Shown: positions 23,362 to 33,064 of the stretch, piece after piece
Layout of the letters: each line of letters opens with the position of its first letter
Position numbering within the stretch: the first letter of the stretch is position 1
DNA from: a virus
Direction: 5' to 3' (one strand)
IMG/VR virus record: IMGVR_UViG_3300045988_122718
Location: 91,170-155,169 of that record
DNA: 64,000 nucleotides
Translations under genes and position numbers: made by a program
Notes under the pieces: generated by a model
Told to the model about the DNA's origin: nothing
The model's database searches: none
The model's input: the letters and a program-made list of their open reading frames with translations, nothing else

Positions 23362-23479
23362 GTCTCCTGACAGGACTTGAACCTGCGACCTCTGGTTTAA
23401 CAGACCAATTAGAAACTTGCTATTTAAGGCTTTTACAAGTCTCGTTATTAAGCGCTCTATCCGACTGAGCTACAGGAGA
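23362..23479 (-). tRNA. tRNA-Asn(GUU) with 44-nt insert between D arm and anticodon stem
   Basis: TCTCCTG/CAGGAGA, D arm GCTC...GAGC G, insert 23409-23452, TTGGT-CTGTTAA-ACCAG, GCAGG-TTCAAGT-CCTGT; no CCA. Confidence 0.75.
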
Positions 23480-23488
23480 CATATTTAT

Positions 23489-23516
23489 GAGCAGTTTAAC
23501 GAGGTGCTCGGCTCAC
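23489..23516 (-). other. H-type pseudoknot element PK4, 9 nt upstream of tRNA-Asn
   Basis: Minus: GAG-CC-GAGC-AC-CUC-GUUAAACU-GCUC (weaker S1, extendable by wobble pairs). Confidence 0.6.
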
Positions 23517-23517
23517 T

Positions 23518-23562
23518 TTAATTTTGTACTGTGATTATACCACAGATTACTTATTTTGTCAA
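23518..23562 (-). promoter_or_regulatory. SigmaA-like promoter driving the tRNA array
   Basis: TTGACA (23557-23562), TATAAT (23534-23539), CACAGTACAAAATTAA. Confidence 0.85.
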
Positions 23563-23676
23563 ATACTTTTTTACTTTTTATTCCAGAGAAGCCATCCACA
23601 AGCAACTCCGAACAAGAAACATACAATTTGTTTCATCTTTACTTCTTCCTTATTATACCATATTCTGCATCATTTG

Positions 23677-24027
23677 TCAAGCATTTTCTCGATTTTTTCT
23701 TGTGCAACTTACTCGATTGCAGAACTCAAACTGCACCGCATTCAAATCCTCTGCAAACTCGTCACACTTGGCATCCAGTGCTGTATAGTACCGATCCAGA
23801 AGCTTTGCCTTTGCCATCTTCATGCCGACAGCAGGATTATACTCATCATCAGGATGGCATACGACAACCGCACGATAAGAACTACTCATCAGGTACTTGC
23901 TAGGATTGAAACACAGAGATTTGGTTTGTCCCATAATCTTTGCAATCTTATGAATAGCGTCATACTTCGTATTTTCAAGAATCGCGATAGTCTTGTTTTG
24001 CTCCGGCACATGTACAAACTTAATCAT
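23677..24027 (-). CDS. Hypothetical protein
   Basis: 116-aa ORF with SD and promoter. Confidence 0.65.
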   Translation of the reverse strand: MIKFVHVPEQNKTIAILENTKYDAIHKIAKIMGQTKSLCFNPSKYLMSSSYRAVVVCHPDDEYNPAVGMKMAKAKLLDRYYTALDAKCDEFAEDLNAVQFEFCNRVSCTRKNRENA

Positions 24028-24048
24028 TTTTTGTTATCCTTTCTTGTT

Positions 24049-24093
24049 TTAATTTTGTATTGTGATTATAACATACTTTCTTGAACTTGTCAA
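24049..24093 (-). promoter_or_regulatory. SigmaA-like promoter with box variant
   Basis: TTGACA (24088-24093), TATAAT (24065-24070), CACAATACAAAATTAA. Confidence 0.8.
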
Positions 24094-24168
24094 GCACCTT
24101 TTTAACCATCCCGGTAAAGGTTCTTGCCTCATTCATTGTTTGTATTATAGCACATTAATTTTGTTTTG

Positions 24169-25317
24169 TCAAGTATCTTTTTTAAATAATTTTCTAGTTT
24201 CTTCATAAGACAGGTACTTAATATTAATGCCCGTCAAATTCAGCAGTTTTTCATTTTTAAACTCGTTAACATGAGTTACTGCCAGAGACACCTCATAGGC
24301 AATATCCCCAATATCTTCCTTAATTCTTTGCATAAGCTCACCAACATCAAGATGCCCATACCGAATAGACCCCTGATACTGGTTTGTAATATTGGTCTTG
24401 TCATCAATGTTAATGTTAATCTCCGACTTGTCACATTCACATTCAAAATCACCAGCACCATGCTTCGTCATATATGTTCTAGTAACATAGCACACTTCAA
24501 CGTTTGCATTAGGTAAATACTTTTCAATGATTATATGAGGATTTGCAATGCCAGTATTGCTAGGAGTCGTATTATCATAATACTGAACATGACGCTGATC
24601 CAACAGCAATCCTTGCCCATTTTCAAATATAACGTTATCAAACTTTTGCAAAATCCTACTATAATCAAATACTACATGAGAATGTATAAACTGCACATCG
24701 TCAATAAAGTTATAAATCAAATTGTCGGATGCCAAAATATCTTCCCATTCCTGCAAAACTTCAGGACTAGCCTTTAGCAGCCTCTTAGACGTATATTCAT
24801 CCCTGACACGCTTAAGAAATGCGACCTGCTCGTCCTTAGTCATATTATAAAACTGCTGGAAAGACGGACTTGTAGTATTCCTATATCTAAGAACAGTTTC
24901 CCAAATACCCATACCACAAGAGCCATACCGATTTTTGCCACGACTATCCTCAAGGATTTGATTTGTAATCATATCATATGGAGTAGACCATCTGCAATTC
25001 CAATGACTATAAACACGAGGTGCATAGCCTAATGCCTTCAGTTCCTCGTACTCTTTTCTAAAAGTCATAGGATTTAGAATATACTCTTCCCCAAAATAAG
25101 TATCTGCTCCCGCAAAGGTTCCTGAACCAAAATGGTGGAACACATGTCTAATGTCATCTGGAGTAACTACAGTATGTCCTCTTTGTGCGCCGCCATTGCA
25201 TAGAGCAACGATACAAGATTCATTCCGCTTACTTGCTTCGGCACAAAAGTAATCGGTCATCAGACCTTTTCCCTCGTCGCCAAAATTGCTGCCAATTACT
25301 ACCTTAACATTAGACAT
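24169..25317 (-). CDS. Adenylosuccinate synthetase-like protein (PurA/PurZ superfamily)
   Basis: VVIGSNFGDEGKGLMTDYF, NGGAQRGHTV, GSGTF, YGSCGMGIWET, FENGQGLLLDQ. Confidence 0.85.
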   Translation of the reverse strand: MSNVKVVIGSNFGDEGKGLMTDYFCAEASKRNESCIVALCNGGAQRGHTVVTPDDIRHVFHHFGSGTFAGADTYFGEEYILNPMTFRKEYEELKALGYAPRVYSHWNCRWSTPYDMITNQILEDSRGKNRYGSCGMGIWETVLRYRNTTSPSFQQFYNMTKDEQVAFLKRVRDEYTSKRLLKASPEVLQEWEDILASDNLIYNFIDDVQFIHSHVVFDYSRILQKFDNVIFENGQGLLLDQRHVQYYDNTTPSNTGIANPHIIIEKYLPNANVEVCYVTRTYMTKHGAGDFECECDKSEININIDDKTNITNQYQGSIRYGHLDVGELMQRIKEDIGDIAYEVSLAVTHVNEFKNEKLLNLTGINIKYLSYEETRKLFKKDT

Positions 25318-25331
25318 GTGTTTATCCTTTC

Positions 25332-26186
25332 TTACCAAGAAATACCTTCACTAGATGTTGCTACATTGCCACCAGAAAACGCATTGGTGACAATATCAAT
25401 GATGTCGTCTGCAATCTTATCAACAGATGTATCCTTCAGATGATTCTCGTCCAGAAGCTGTCCGAAAGTCTTATGAACATCCTCCTGATAACGACCATAA
25501 CCATGCTTGACATACAGGTGATAGATATCAAACTTCTCGGATGCATCAATGTAAAGCTGCGTCGTTTCAATATCATTCTGTAGGTCATCACCAGTCACTG
25601 CAGATAGAGCCTTCTTCGGCAGATATGGATTCATAGGCTCATCACCCATAGTGATAATGACACCCTTCTGTCCACGATTCCAGCAGTCTAGCTTCGTGTG
25701 GTTAAGGCCGAAATACCATGCGGCGCTATAAGACTCATAAGCATTACCTCCGCCGCCGCCCTCAAAATAAATCTTATCAAGCTGTTCTGCGATACGGATA
25801 TCAGACTCAAACTGGGATGCCTGAATTGGAGCGCAATCGTAAGCAAGGTCCCCAATGCCCATAACCATAAACTCTACGTCTGCGATATTCTCGTATAGTT
25901 TGGTCATTACTACGTTGATCTGCTTTGCAACTTCCATAGCCGCCTTGCCCATGCTACCAGTTACATCGAGTGCTAGAATAACAGGCTTGGTATTAGGATG
26001 CTCCACAGAATCAACACACTCACGCATTACATTCTTGGGATCAAGGTCTGCTACTAGCATTCTAGATCTGAAATTGTCCTGCACATTAGAGGACATTCCA
26101 GTGACTACACCGTCCATTGACACGTTGTACCCCTTGGTAGTCGTATAAGAGGTAAAAGCGCTTCTAGTCCAACTGCCACCGCCCAT
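25332..26186 (-). CDS. von Willebrand factor A domain protein
   Basis: MIDAS motif ALDVTGSMGKAAMEVAKQINVVMTKL; VMGIGD; IITMGDE. Confidence 0.75.
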   Translation of the reverse strand: MGGGSWTRSAFTSYTTTKGYNVSMDGVVTGMSSNVQDNFRSRMLVADLDPKNVMRECVDSVEHPNTKPVILALDVTGSMGKAAMEVAKQINVVMTKLYENIADVEFMVMGIGDLAYDCAPIQASQFESDIRIAEQLDKIYFEGGGGGNAYESYSAAWYFGLNHTKLDCWNRGQKGVIITMGDEPMNPYLPKKALSAVTGDDLQNDIETTQLYIDASEKFDIYHLYVKHGYGRYQEDVHKTFGQLLDENHLKDTSVDKIADDIIDIVTNAFSGGNVATSSEGISW

Positions 26187-26188
26187 TC

Positions 26189-26764
26189 TTACTCAGCCTC
26201 ACTTTCATCATCAATATCAAAATCAAACATGCCACTAAACATGTCGGATACATTGTTGCCGTTCATAAGCATCATCATAGGAAGCATAGAATTCATACCA
26301 TTGCCGGTGCCACTGTTGCCCTTCATCATCTCGGACATAATCATATAAGACATCATCTTGTCCATACCCTTCTTGCCCTTCATGAAGTTGTTGCCGAACA
26401 TGGATACAATCTTGCCGTAGAAATAAGTGCTACCCATAAAGACATGGCGCTCAGGAAGAATAGTTTCTACAGTAGAGTCCTCGTAGTTGATTACGGTGAT
26501 AGTGTCCTTCTCAGCCTTAATCACACACTTGGGCTTACCAGAAACCAGAATGATGTCGCCAACCTCAACCTTGTTCGTAGGCATAACAAAGAAGAACTCT
26601 TCACCAATGTCAAAAACAAAGCTGTCACAATTCGTCAGACGACCATTCTTTACATTGTAGCTCTTGTAACCATTAGAAGTCTTGACCGCGATACCACCGT
26701 TCATAGAAAGTCTGCACATACCAGGTGCAATCTTGCCGAACATACCATTAAATACGTTTGTCAT
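26189..26764 (-). CDS. Hypothetical Met/Gly-rich protein
   Basis: ORF from MTNVFNGMFGKI with SD and promoter. Confidence 0.65.
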   Translation of the reverse strand: MTNVFNGMFGKIAPGMCRLSMNGGIAVKTSNGYKSYNVKNGRLTNCDSFVFDIGEEFFFVMPTNKVEVGDIILVSGKPKCVIKAEKDTITVINYEDSTVETILPERHVFMGSTYFYGKIVSMFGNNFMKGKKGMDKMMSYMIMSEMMKGNSGTGNGMNSMLPMMMLMNGNNVSDMFSGMFDFDIDDESEAE

Positions 26765-26944
26765 AATGTTTCTCCTTTTTTGAACTTTAATTTTGTACTG
26801 TCTTTTGATGATTGAATAATACCACATCAACTTCATTTTGTCAAATGGTTTCTTCAAGTTTTTTTGAGAGGTGGCTCGGCAGTATGTGTAAGTTTGAACC
26901 ACCTCTCAACTGTATCTGGATTATAGCACCAGATGTTTTATTTA

Positions 26945-29900
26945 TCAAGAGGGTAATTGCACGTTTATCAAGTAGTTCGTCAGCCATTTCTCCGTGACAG
27001 AATAATTCTTTTGCCACTGGCCATCGACCAACTTTGACTTCGGTCGCTGCTCCCAATGGAAATTCAAAAAGCACCCCTTATCAAAAGGATTTTTCTCATA
27101 TGCCCTTTTTTGCACTTTATATGTCACGATCTTTCCGTCCCAGAGTTGATAAATCTGTATCTTTGGAGAATATCGGCAATTCACATCCATGACATAACCA
27201 ATATCCTTTTTGCTTTCATCCTTATAACAAATATAACCTAAATACTCTGACTGCCATGTAAATATGCTTTGCATAGGTACGGTGCAATTGCTCGGAATCA
27301 TACAACAAAGTTCTGTGATAAAGCCGTTTGTGTCCTGTACTCGCCACTGCTTCTCTGTCTCCGTACAATACTTGGTTAAAATCTCCATAGGAAGTTTACA
27401 CTTATCCTTCTTGATAATTTTCTTTCCGCCATATGCATTATACATTTCAACTGTACGTAGTAAAGTACCTATAGTTCCGAACTCAGAAAAATAATCGAGC
27501 TTAATCAAAATGTCTAACATTCTACTGTTTCCAGGAAACGCCCTAATGATATCTACGAATGAGTCAAAATGCTCATCTTTCATCGCATAAAGTTTATCCG
27601 ATGTTTCTGCGTTAATAAATTTGACCGAAGACATGCCTTTATAGATCGTATTTTCTGTCTTATCACAGTTATAATCAGACTTAGAGTGTCTAAACTTTAT
27701 GTCCTTCAATGTAATACCGAAGTACGGAAGTTCATCAATAAGCTTTGCCGTTCTATCCATATCGCCACTATACATAGTAAGTACTACAGTAAAGTATTCA
27801 AGAGGATAATGCGACTTCAAATACGCTCCGTACATTGAGTCTATTGCCACACTAAGACTATGTGATGCATTGAACGAGTAGTGTGCAGCATCATTAACAA
27901 CTTGCCATGTTTCTGCGAAGCCTTTTTCTGTACCAACATTTTTAATCCAACCTTGTAGAAGCTCTGATTCAAGTTTCTTCAACTCATCCTCTTTGAATTT
28001 CTTCTTTGCAATCTTCTTGATGGTATCATAGGTGCCCTTTTCTTCCATACCTAACCACACAAGATAGCTCATGATATTCTCTTGGTACATAAGAAAATGG
28101 AATGAGTCTTCTAGAATATCATCAAGCTCTTTGACGCCTGTAGTATATGGCTTCCTCTCTACAAATGTATTTAACAATGAAGCAAAGCCAGGGCGAATAG
28201 CGGCTACATATGCAGACATCTCTGCTAAGTTTCTAGGTTTATACCTCTTAAGAATCTGCTTATCATAATCACTATCGGCCTGATTTATTGTCGTAGTAAG
28301 ACCTTTAGCATAAATATCCCACACCTTATCATCGCAGTTTTTGATAAGTGTCGTAATATTGTCAATCGGTCTACCAATCATTTCATATACATCATGAATA
28401 ATCTGATATACAGAAACAGTTAAATAATCGTTCTTTAGATACTTATAAACATCACAATTATAACCATCAAGACAGCAACAAGTTACGTCTCCGACCTTAA
28501 TTAGACCTATCATTTCAGATATTTTATCGTTGGACAGAAGAAAACTACAAGGACTTGGTGCAACACTTTCTACTACTCCACGGAAAATCTTGCTACCCTC
28601 TATCAAATCCTTCCACTTAGGGTCATCCAAATGATTTTCCAAATTTTTCGCCACATCATCATACTCTGAAATGTTAAGGCCATTAGCTTTACACCAAAGA
28701 CGGAACGCAGAAGATTCCTGTAGTGGCTTATACGCAACCATATAATAGATTCCGTCTTCGCCAAGAATATCCTTACTCGCTTGAATAACAGGTGTTACAT
28801 CCGCAAAGTTAAGATCAATATCTGGGATGCTGCGACTAGAAAGAATACGCTCTGCCGACATAAATCTCGTAGGATAGAGTTTGATAGGGGCACTAATACG
28901 GTCTACCTCGGTAAGCCCTAACAACTTGTTGATATAAAAAGACACTGCCGATCCACGCCCGCTACGAGTTAAAATGGCATCATAATCCTTGACTGCCTTT
29001 TCTACAACGTAATGGTCTAGAATAAAATAGTCTGCCATACCACAGTCTTCAATAATCTTATATTCGTACTTGATTTGCTCGATATATTCCTTGTGACGTT
29101 CTTTAGGCACATTGACCTTTTCTCTGCGCCATCCTTCATTGATAAGCTTTCGCAAAATAGCATTGCTATCGCCTTCAACTACTTTAGGAATTTTAAACTC
29201 CTTATCAATATAAATACCTTCGGCATTATCGAATACAAGGGTATTATTTAGGGCTTCTTCCACTTCTCCTCTTGTGAGTATCCCCTGTTTCTCATAGCGT
29301 TCAAAGATAGTATCAGAATCAGGATAGTCAAGACAGAATCCTGATTCTTCTTCATATACAATGCCTTTAGCCTTTAAGAATAAGTCACGATACTTGGCAT
29401 CTTCTGGTAAAATATAGTGAGAGTCATTGGCATGGATAATAGGCACACCAGTCTCTCTATGCAAAGCAATAATCTTTTTATTATACTCTATCTGGTGAAT
29501 ATCATTATGATTTTGCACCTCAAGATAAAAATTTTTCCCAAAATGTTTATAAAGAGGTTCAAAAAAGTTAGCGCTCCAATAATCTGGTTCAATCGGTATC
29601 TTTTCGTAAATTGGCTTTTTAACAATCCGATCTCCCACATGATAACTGGGGCCAGAATCATTAACCACTACGTCTCTATATCCGATAATATTTCTTGTTT
29701 CTTCATAATATTTTGGTTTAAACATTCTCCCAGCAATACAAGCAGTCGTTACAACAACTTCTTCTGCCGGTAGACTAAGGAGGAGTTTGAGATCAATTCT
29801 TGGCTTATAATAATACCCTTCAGTATTGGCCACAGACATAATCCTGTTGATTTCTCTACGAGCATTTTCTGTTAAAGCCACAAGCATTATATGATAATTT

Positions 29901-30148
29901 GTTCGACTTGTTTTATCATTGATGTCGTCAACGTAATACGCCTCAACTGCATAAATACACTTCAAATCATTCTGCTGACAAAGAGTATAAGCTTCAAAAA
30001 TGTTACCTTGAAACCCATGCTCTGTAGTGAAATATGTAGTATGACCAAGCTCCTTAGCACGATTGATGTAGTCAATTGGTTTCACCACACAATCCAATGT
30101 GCGCAAATTACTATACATCGTATGTTTATGGTAGTTGTTATATCTCAC
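26945..30148 (-). CDS. dnaE: DNA polymerase III alpha subunit (C-family, PHP domain)
   Basis: 1067 aa; N-terminal PHP HKHTMYSNLRTLD; RSGRGSAVSFYINKLLGLTEVDRI; PDIDLNF. Confidence 0.93.
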   Translation of the reverse strand: MRYNNYHKHTMYSNLRTLDCVVKPIDYINRAKELGHTTYFTTEHGFQGNIFEAYTLCQQNDLKCIYAVEAYYVDDINDKTSRTNYHIMLVALTENARREINRIMSVANTEGYYYKPRIDLKLLLSLPAEEVVVTTACIAGRMFKPKYYEETRNIIGYRDVVVNDSGPSYHVGDRIVKKPIYEKIPIEPDYWSANFFEPLYKHFGKNFYLEVQNHNDIHQIEYNKKIIALHRETGVPIIHANDSHYILPEDAKYRDLFLKAKGIVYEEESGFCLDYPDSDTIFERYEKQGILTRGEVEEALNNTLVFDNAEGIYIDKEFKIPKVVEGDSNAILRKLINEGWRREKVNVPKERHKEYIEQIKYEYKIIEDCGMADYFILDHYVVEKAVKDYDAILTRSGRGSAVSFYINKLLGLTEVDRISAPIKLYPTRFMSAERILSSRSIPDIDLNFADVTPVIQASKDILGEDGIYYMVAYKPLQESSAFRLWCKANGLNISEYDDVAKNLENHLDDPKWKDLIEGSKIFRGVVESVAPSPCSFLLSNDKISEMIGLIKVGDVTCCCLDGYNCDVYKYLKNDYLTVSVYQIIHDVYEMIGRPIDNITTLIKNCDDKVWDIYAKGLTTTINQADSDYDKQILKRYKPRNLAEMSAYVAAIRPGFASLLNTFVERKPYTTGVKELDDILEDSFHFLMYQENIMSYLVWLGMEEKGTYDTIKKIAKKKFKEDELKKLESELLQGWIKNVGTEKGFAETWQVVNDAAHYSFNASHSLSVAIDSMYGAYLKSHYPLEYFTVVLTMYSGDMDRTAKLIDELPYFGITLKDIKFRHSKSDYNCDKTENTIYKGMSSVKFINAETSDKLYAMKDEHFDSFVDIIRAFPGNSRMLDILIKLDYFSEFGTIGTLLRTVEMYNAYGGKKIIKKDKCKLPMEILTKYCTETEKQWRVQDTNGFITELCCMIPSNCTVPMQSIFTWQSEYLGYICYKDESKKDIGYVMDVNCRYSPKIQIYQLWDGKIVTYKVQKRAYEKNPFDKGCFLNFHWEQRPKSKLVDGQWQKNYSVTEKWLTNYLINVQLPS

Positions 30149-30360
30149 TATGCCACCTCATATCCTAGAAATTTTATCTTTACATAATACGTCCACTTAG
30201 GCTTCCAAATCTGCCACCACTTGCGCTTATACTTGTCAAATCCTACAATGCAAAATGGTGCAGCCCAAAGGCTACTTTCTGACATAAAAACATCTAACCC
30301 AACAGAAAAGATATCTCCATCGTGTAATTCATAAACTCTTACTTCGTCCATCACTCGCAC
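30148..30360 (-). CDS. Hypothetical protein
   Basis: 70-aa ORF overlapping polymerase start. Confidence 0.55.
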   Translation of the reverse strand: MRVMDEVRVYELHDGDIFSVGLDVFMSESSLWAAPFCIVGFDKYKRKWWQIWKPKWTYYVKIKFLGYEVA

Positions 30361-30371
30361 CTCCCCCTACT

Positions 30372-30413
30372 TTAATTTTGTACTGTTATATCATACTTCT
30401 TCTTCTTTGTCAA
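30372..30413 (-). promoter_or_regulatory. SigmaA-like promoter with conserved box
   Basis: TTGACA (30408-30413), TATAAC (30085-type position 30385-30390), AGTACAAAATTAA. Confidence 0.7.
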
Positions 30414-31995
30414 GTTTAACATAATCATTCATTGTAAGCTGAAAAAACTTATTGCGACCATAATACGGGGCTGCCAAAGTGCCAATCCCAACAAACTCTC
30501 CGTTATTATCCATAGTTTTCCACGACATATCGTTCCACTTGACTAGAATAACTCCACTCTCATCAATAATTTTTAAATGTTTCTTAGTAGAGAATGTACT
30601 CACTTCATAGTTATCGGTTCTAATAAGCACTGTAACCGCTGGGGAATCTTTCCCACTGATACGATTAAAAGCGTTAAGCTGCTTAATGAGTTGTTCATTT
30701 ACCTGTTCTGCTGTGATTTCAATATCAGCCTCAATATCGACACTAAATTCAATATCTGCTAGTTCATCTTCTATGACATTTCTAAACTGTTCAAATTTAT
30801 CTGTATCACAAGTAAACCCAGCCGCCGACTCATGTCCGTCACAACGAGCTAGACCAGTATTGTTTACTATACCCATGAAATCTGGGATTCCTATGGCCCT
30901 CATGCTGCCAGATATTGTGTCACCATAATCTCTAACTACTATAAGGGGGCGCTGGAATTCTGATAGCAAACGGTTCCCGACCAAGCCCGTTATATCCGCA
31001 TCTGTTTCGTCAATGAAAAACACCATAAACTTTTTATCCAATTGCTCTTCACCTTGCTTCATAAGGTCTGGTAATATTCCATTGACAATCTCATTCTGCT
31101 CTTCACGACACGCTTTAAGTTTTGGATAAATTTCAGCAATTTCATCCTCATCTTCTGCCAAAAACATTTGTGCGGACAAATCATTATGCCTTGTTCTAAT
31201 TGCAGCATTAACTAGTGGGGCAATACTAAATTGAATAGCTTCTGTATTAAACTGATAAGTGCCGATCATTTTTTTAACAATTGGATTTTGATATTGGTTT
31301 AATCCCTTGCTAACGATATACCGATTTTCTGGCTCTGCAAGTGAGCAGACATCTGCAACGATTCCAACTGCTCCATACCACCATAAATCATCTGCATAAT
31401 CAGTAAGATTCATTTCATCACAATATAAGCAGCACTTAAGCACAACACCAGCACCTGACAGTTGGCTATTCGGGTAATCTACTGCGCTACTTACAAGAAC
31501 AAACGGAACATTACTATTTAATAATTCTTGGCTCGGAATATGATGATCCATCACAATCAAAGAAATTCCAGAGTCTGTAATTTTTTTATATATACTAGGG
31601 TCATTATTAAGACTGTCTACTACAATAATAATATCTACTCCATCAAAAACTTCCAAATCTATGTTCTGTACGCCATGTTCCTTCTTGTCGTGTACAAAAT
31701 ATGAGACATCTGCGCCGGCTCTTTGTAGGTATTTGGTCATAATTGCTCCAGCAGCATGGCCATCTTGGTCTTCGTCCCACACTACGCAAAATTTATATCC
31801 CATTGCTATTCCATCGTCAATAATTTCATACGCCTTGTCTATGTTTTTTAACTTCTCAAATGGGATTAAGGAGTCCTCACTTGGGTGCAAGAACTCCTGA
31901 ATATCTTCAATTTCTCTATCATCAAGTATGGTTTCTATAATTTCACCATTATCCATACCACGACAATCATATTTTGCCTTTAATACTTTCTTCAT
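30391..31995 (-). CDS. RecJ-like DHH/DHHA1 single-strand exonuclease
   Basis: VWDEDQDGHAAGAI, IIVVDSL, VMDHHIPSQ, C-terminal CDGHESAAGFTC. Confidence 0.88.
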   Translation of the reverse strand: MKKVLKAKYDCRGMDNGEIIETILDDREIEDIQEFLHPSEDSLIPFEKLKNIDKAYEIIDDGIAMGYKFCVVWDEDQDGHAAGAIMTKYLQRAGADVSYFVHDKKEHGVQNIDLEVFDGVDIIIVVDSLNNDPSIYKKITDSGISLIVMDHHIPSQELLNSNVPFVLVSSAVDYPNSQLSGAGVVLKCCLYCDEMNLTDYADDLWWYGAVGIVADVCSLAEPENRYIVSKGLNQYQNPIVKKMIGTYQFNTEAIQFSIAPLVNAAIRTRHNDLSAQMFLAEDEDEIAEIYPKLKACREEQNEIVNGILPDLMKQGEEQLDKKFMVFFIDETDADITGLVGNRLLSEFQRPLIVVRDYGDTISGSMRAIGIPDFMGIVNNTGLARCDGHESAAGFTCDTDKFEQFRNVIEDELADIEFSVDIEADIEITAEQVNEQLIKQLNAFNRISGKDSPAVTVLIRTDNYEVSTFSTKKHLKIIDESGVILVKWNDMSWKTMDNNGEFVGIGTLAAPYYGRNKFFQLTMNDYVKLDKEEEV

Positions 31996-32004
31996 TCACA
32001 TCAC

Positions 32005-32184
32005 CTATCCAAAAATACACCCAGACTCAAAGCAGCACCCATCTAAATCTTCTCTGGTCTCATTTATTTCCACACAAGCAAGAACACATACTCCTTCATA
32101 ACGATAATTATTATCTTTGTCCATAAACGAAACAAGTACTGTTTTGCCAATGGACGGCAGCTCATTCATCTTATGCCAAATCAT
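32005..32184 (-). CDS. Hypothetical protein (DUF551-like)
   Basis: MIWHKMNELPSIGKTVLVSFMDKDN. Confidence 0.55.
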   Translation of the reverse strand: MIWHKMNELPSIGKTVLVSFMDKDNNYRYEGVCVLACVEINETREDLDGCCFESGCIFG

Positions 32185-32341
32185 CAAATACCTTCTTTCT
32201 AAACAAATCAAACTTTCGGAAGAACTTTCCCCATGGTAAGCAACACCAATATGTTACTCTATACCTACCATTTAAAGTAGTCTCGTAATAATGCCAAAAG
32301 CCGAAAAACGAATAAATCTTTTGCCATAGTGTCTTTTTCAT
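32171..32341 (-). CDS. Small hypothetical protein
   Basis: MKKTLWQKIYSFFGFWHYYETTLNGRYRVTYWCCLPWGKFFRKFDLFRKKVFDDLA. Confidence 0.6.
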   Translation of the reverse strand: MKKTLWQKIYSFFGFWHYYETTLNGRYRVTYWCCLPWGKFFRKFDLFRKKVFDDLA

Positions 32342-32342
32342 A

Positions 32343-32573
32343 TTAGTCCTCCTTAACCAAATCTACTGCAATAATAAACTTATCAGCATCCATACACCAA
32401 AAGTCCTTGCAATAGCCGCACCCTCTCGCTAATTGTGTATGCTCTTTATCCAAGTGTAATGCACAAAAAATAGGGGCACCTAAAACTTTATCATTTTCGC
32501 ATTCAATCACTTTGTGAACTACATATTTACAATAATCGCAACAAGGGATACATTCTTCACTACATTTCCTCAT
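32343..32573 (-). CDS. Cys-rich small protein
   Basis: 76-aa ORF with many Cys. Confidence 0.6.
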   Translation of the reverse strand: MRKCSEECIPCCDYCKYVVHKVIECENDKVLGAPIFCALHLDKEHTQLARGCGYCKDFWCMDADKFIIAVDLVKED

Positions 32574-33064
32574 AGTCTCCTCCCAATTTCATTCGTAATC
32601 TTTTCGGCTTCTCTAATTTCTTTCTCTGCTTGTTTACAAATGCTGTCAATGTCCTTTTGAACAAGTTCGAGCATCCCTCTCATATCTTCGTTGTGCTTGT
32701 ACTTCTTCTTTATATTTTGTTTATGTTTATCCCAATAATAGAATCTGATGTATGAGAATAATTTAAATTTGACTTTATATTTGTTTCTAAACTTTACACT
32801 AAGTCTACGATACATATCATATCCATCATATTCTTCTTTAATATTTAAAGAACATAGTTTCCCATCATAATCGTATCCTATTTCATATCTGTCTGGATTT
32901 AAATTATAAAAATCTATAAAATCTTTGAAGGATAAAAATATTTCACTTTTGCCATCATCATAACCACTCTGATTGAAATACTCTTGCTTTATAGCAAACA
33001 CCGCTACAAAAATAGGAACACCAATAATTGTACAAAATATCAAACATCCAATCGGAAATATCAT
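32570..33064 (-). CDS. Membrane-anchored hypothetical protein
   Basis: N-terminal TM then charged region. Confidence 0.6.
   Translation of the reverse strand: MIFPIGCLIFCTIIGVPIFVAVFAIKQEYFNQSGYDDGKSEIFLSFKDFIDFYNLNPDRYEIGYDYDGKLCSLNIKEEYDGYDMYRRLSVKFRNKYKVKFKLFSYIRFYYWDKHKQNIKKKYKHNEDMRGMLELVQKDIDSICKQAEKEIREAEKITNEIGRRL

Noticed and set aside
24169-25317. Direct assignment as PurZ (2-aminoadenine pathway)
   Set aside because: The FGDEGKG motif keeps the PurA-type Asp, and no DatZ/MazZ partners were recognisable in the window; kept as PurA/PurZ superfamily only.
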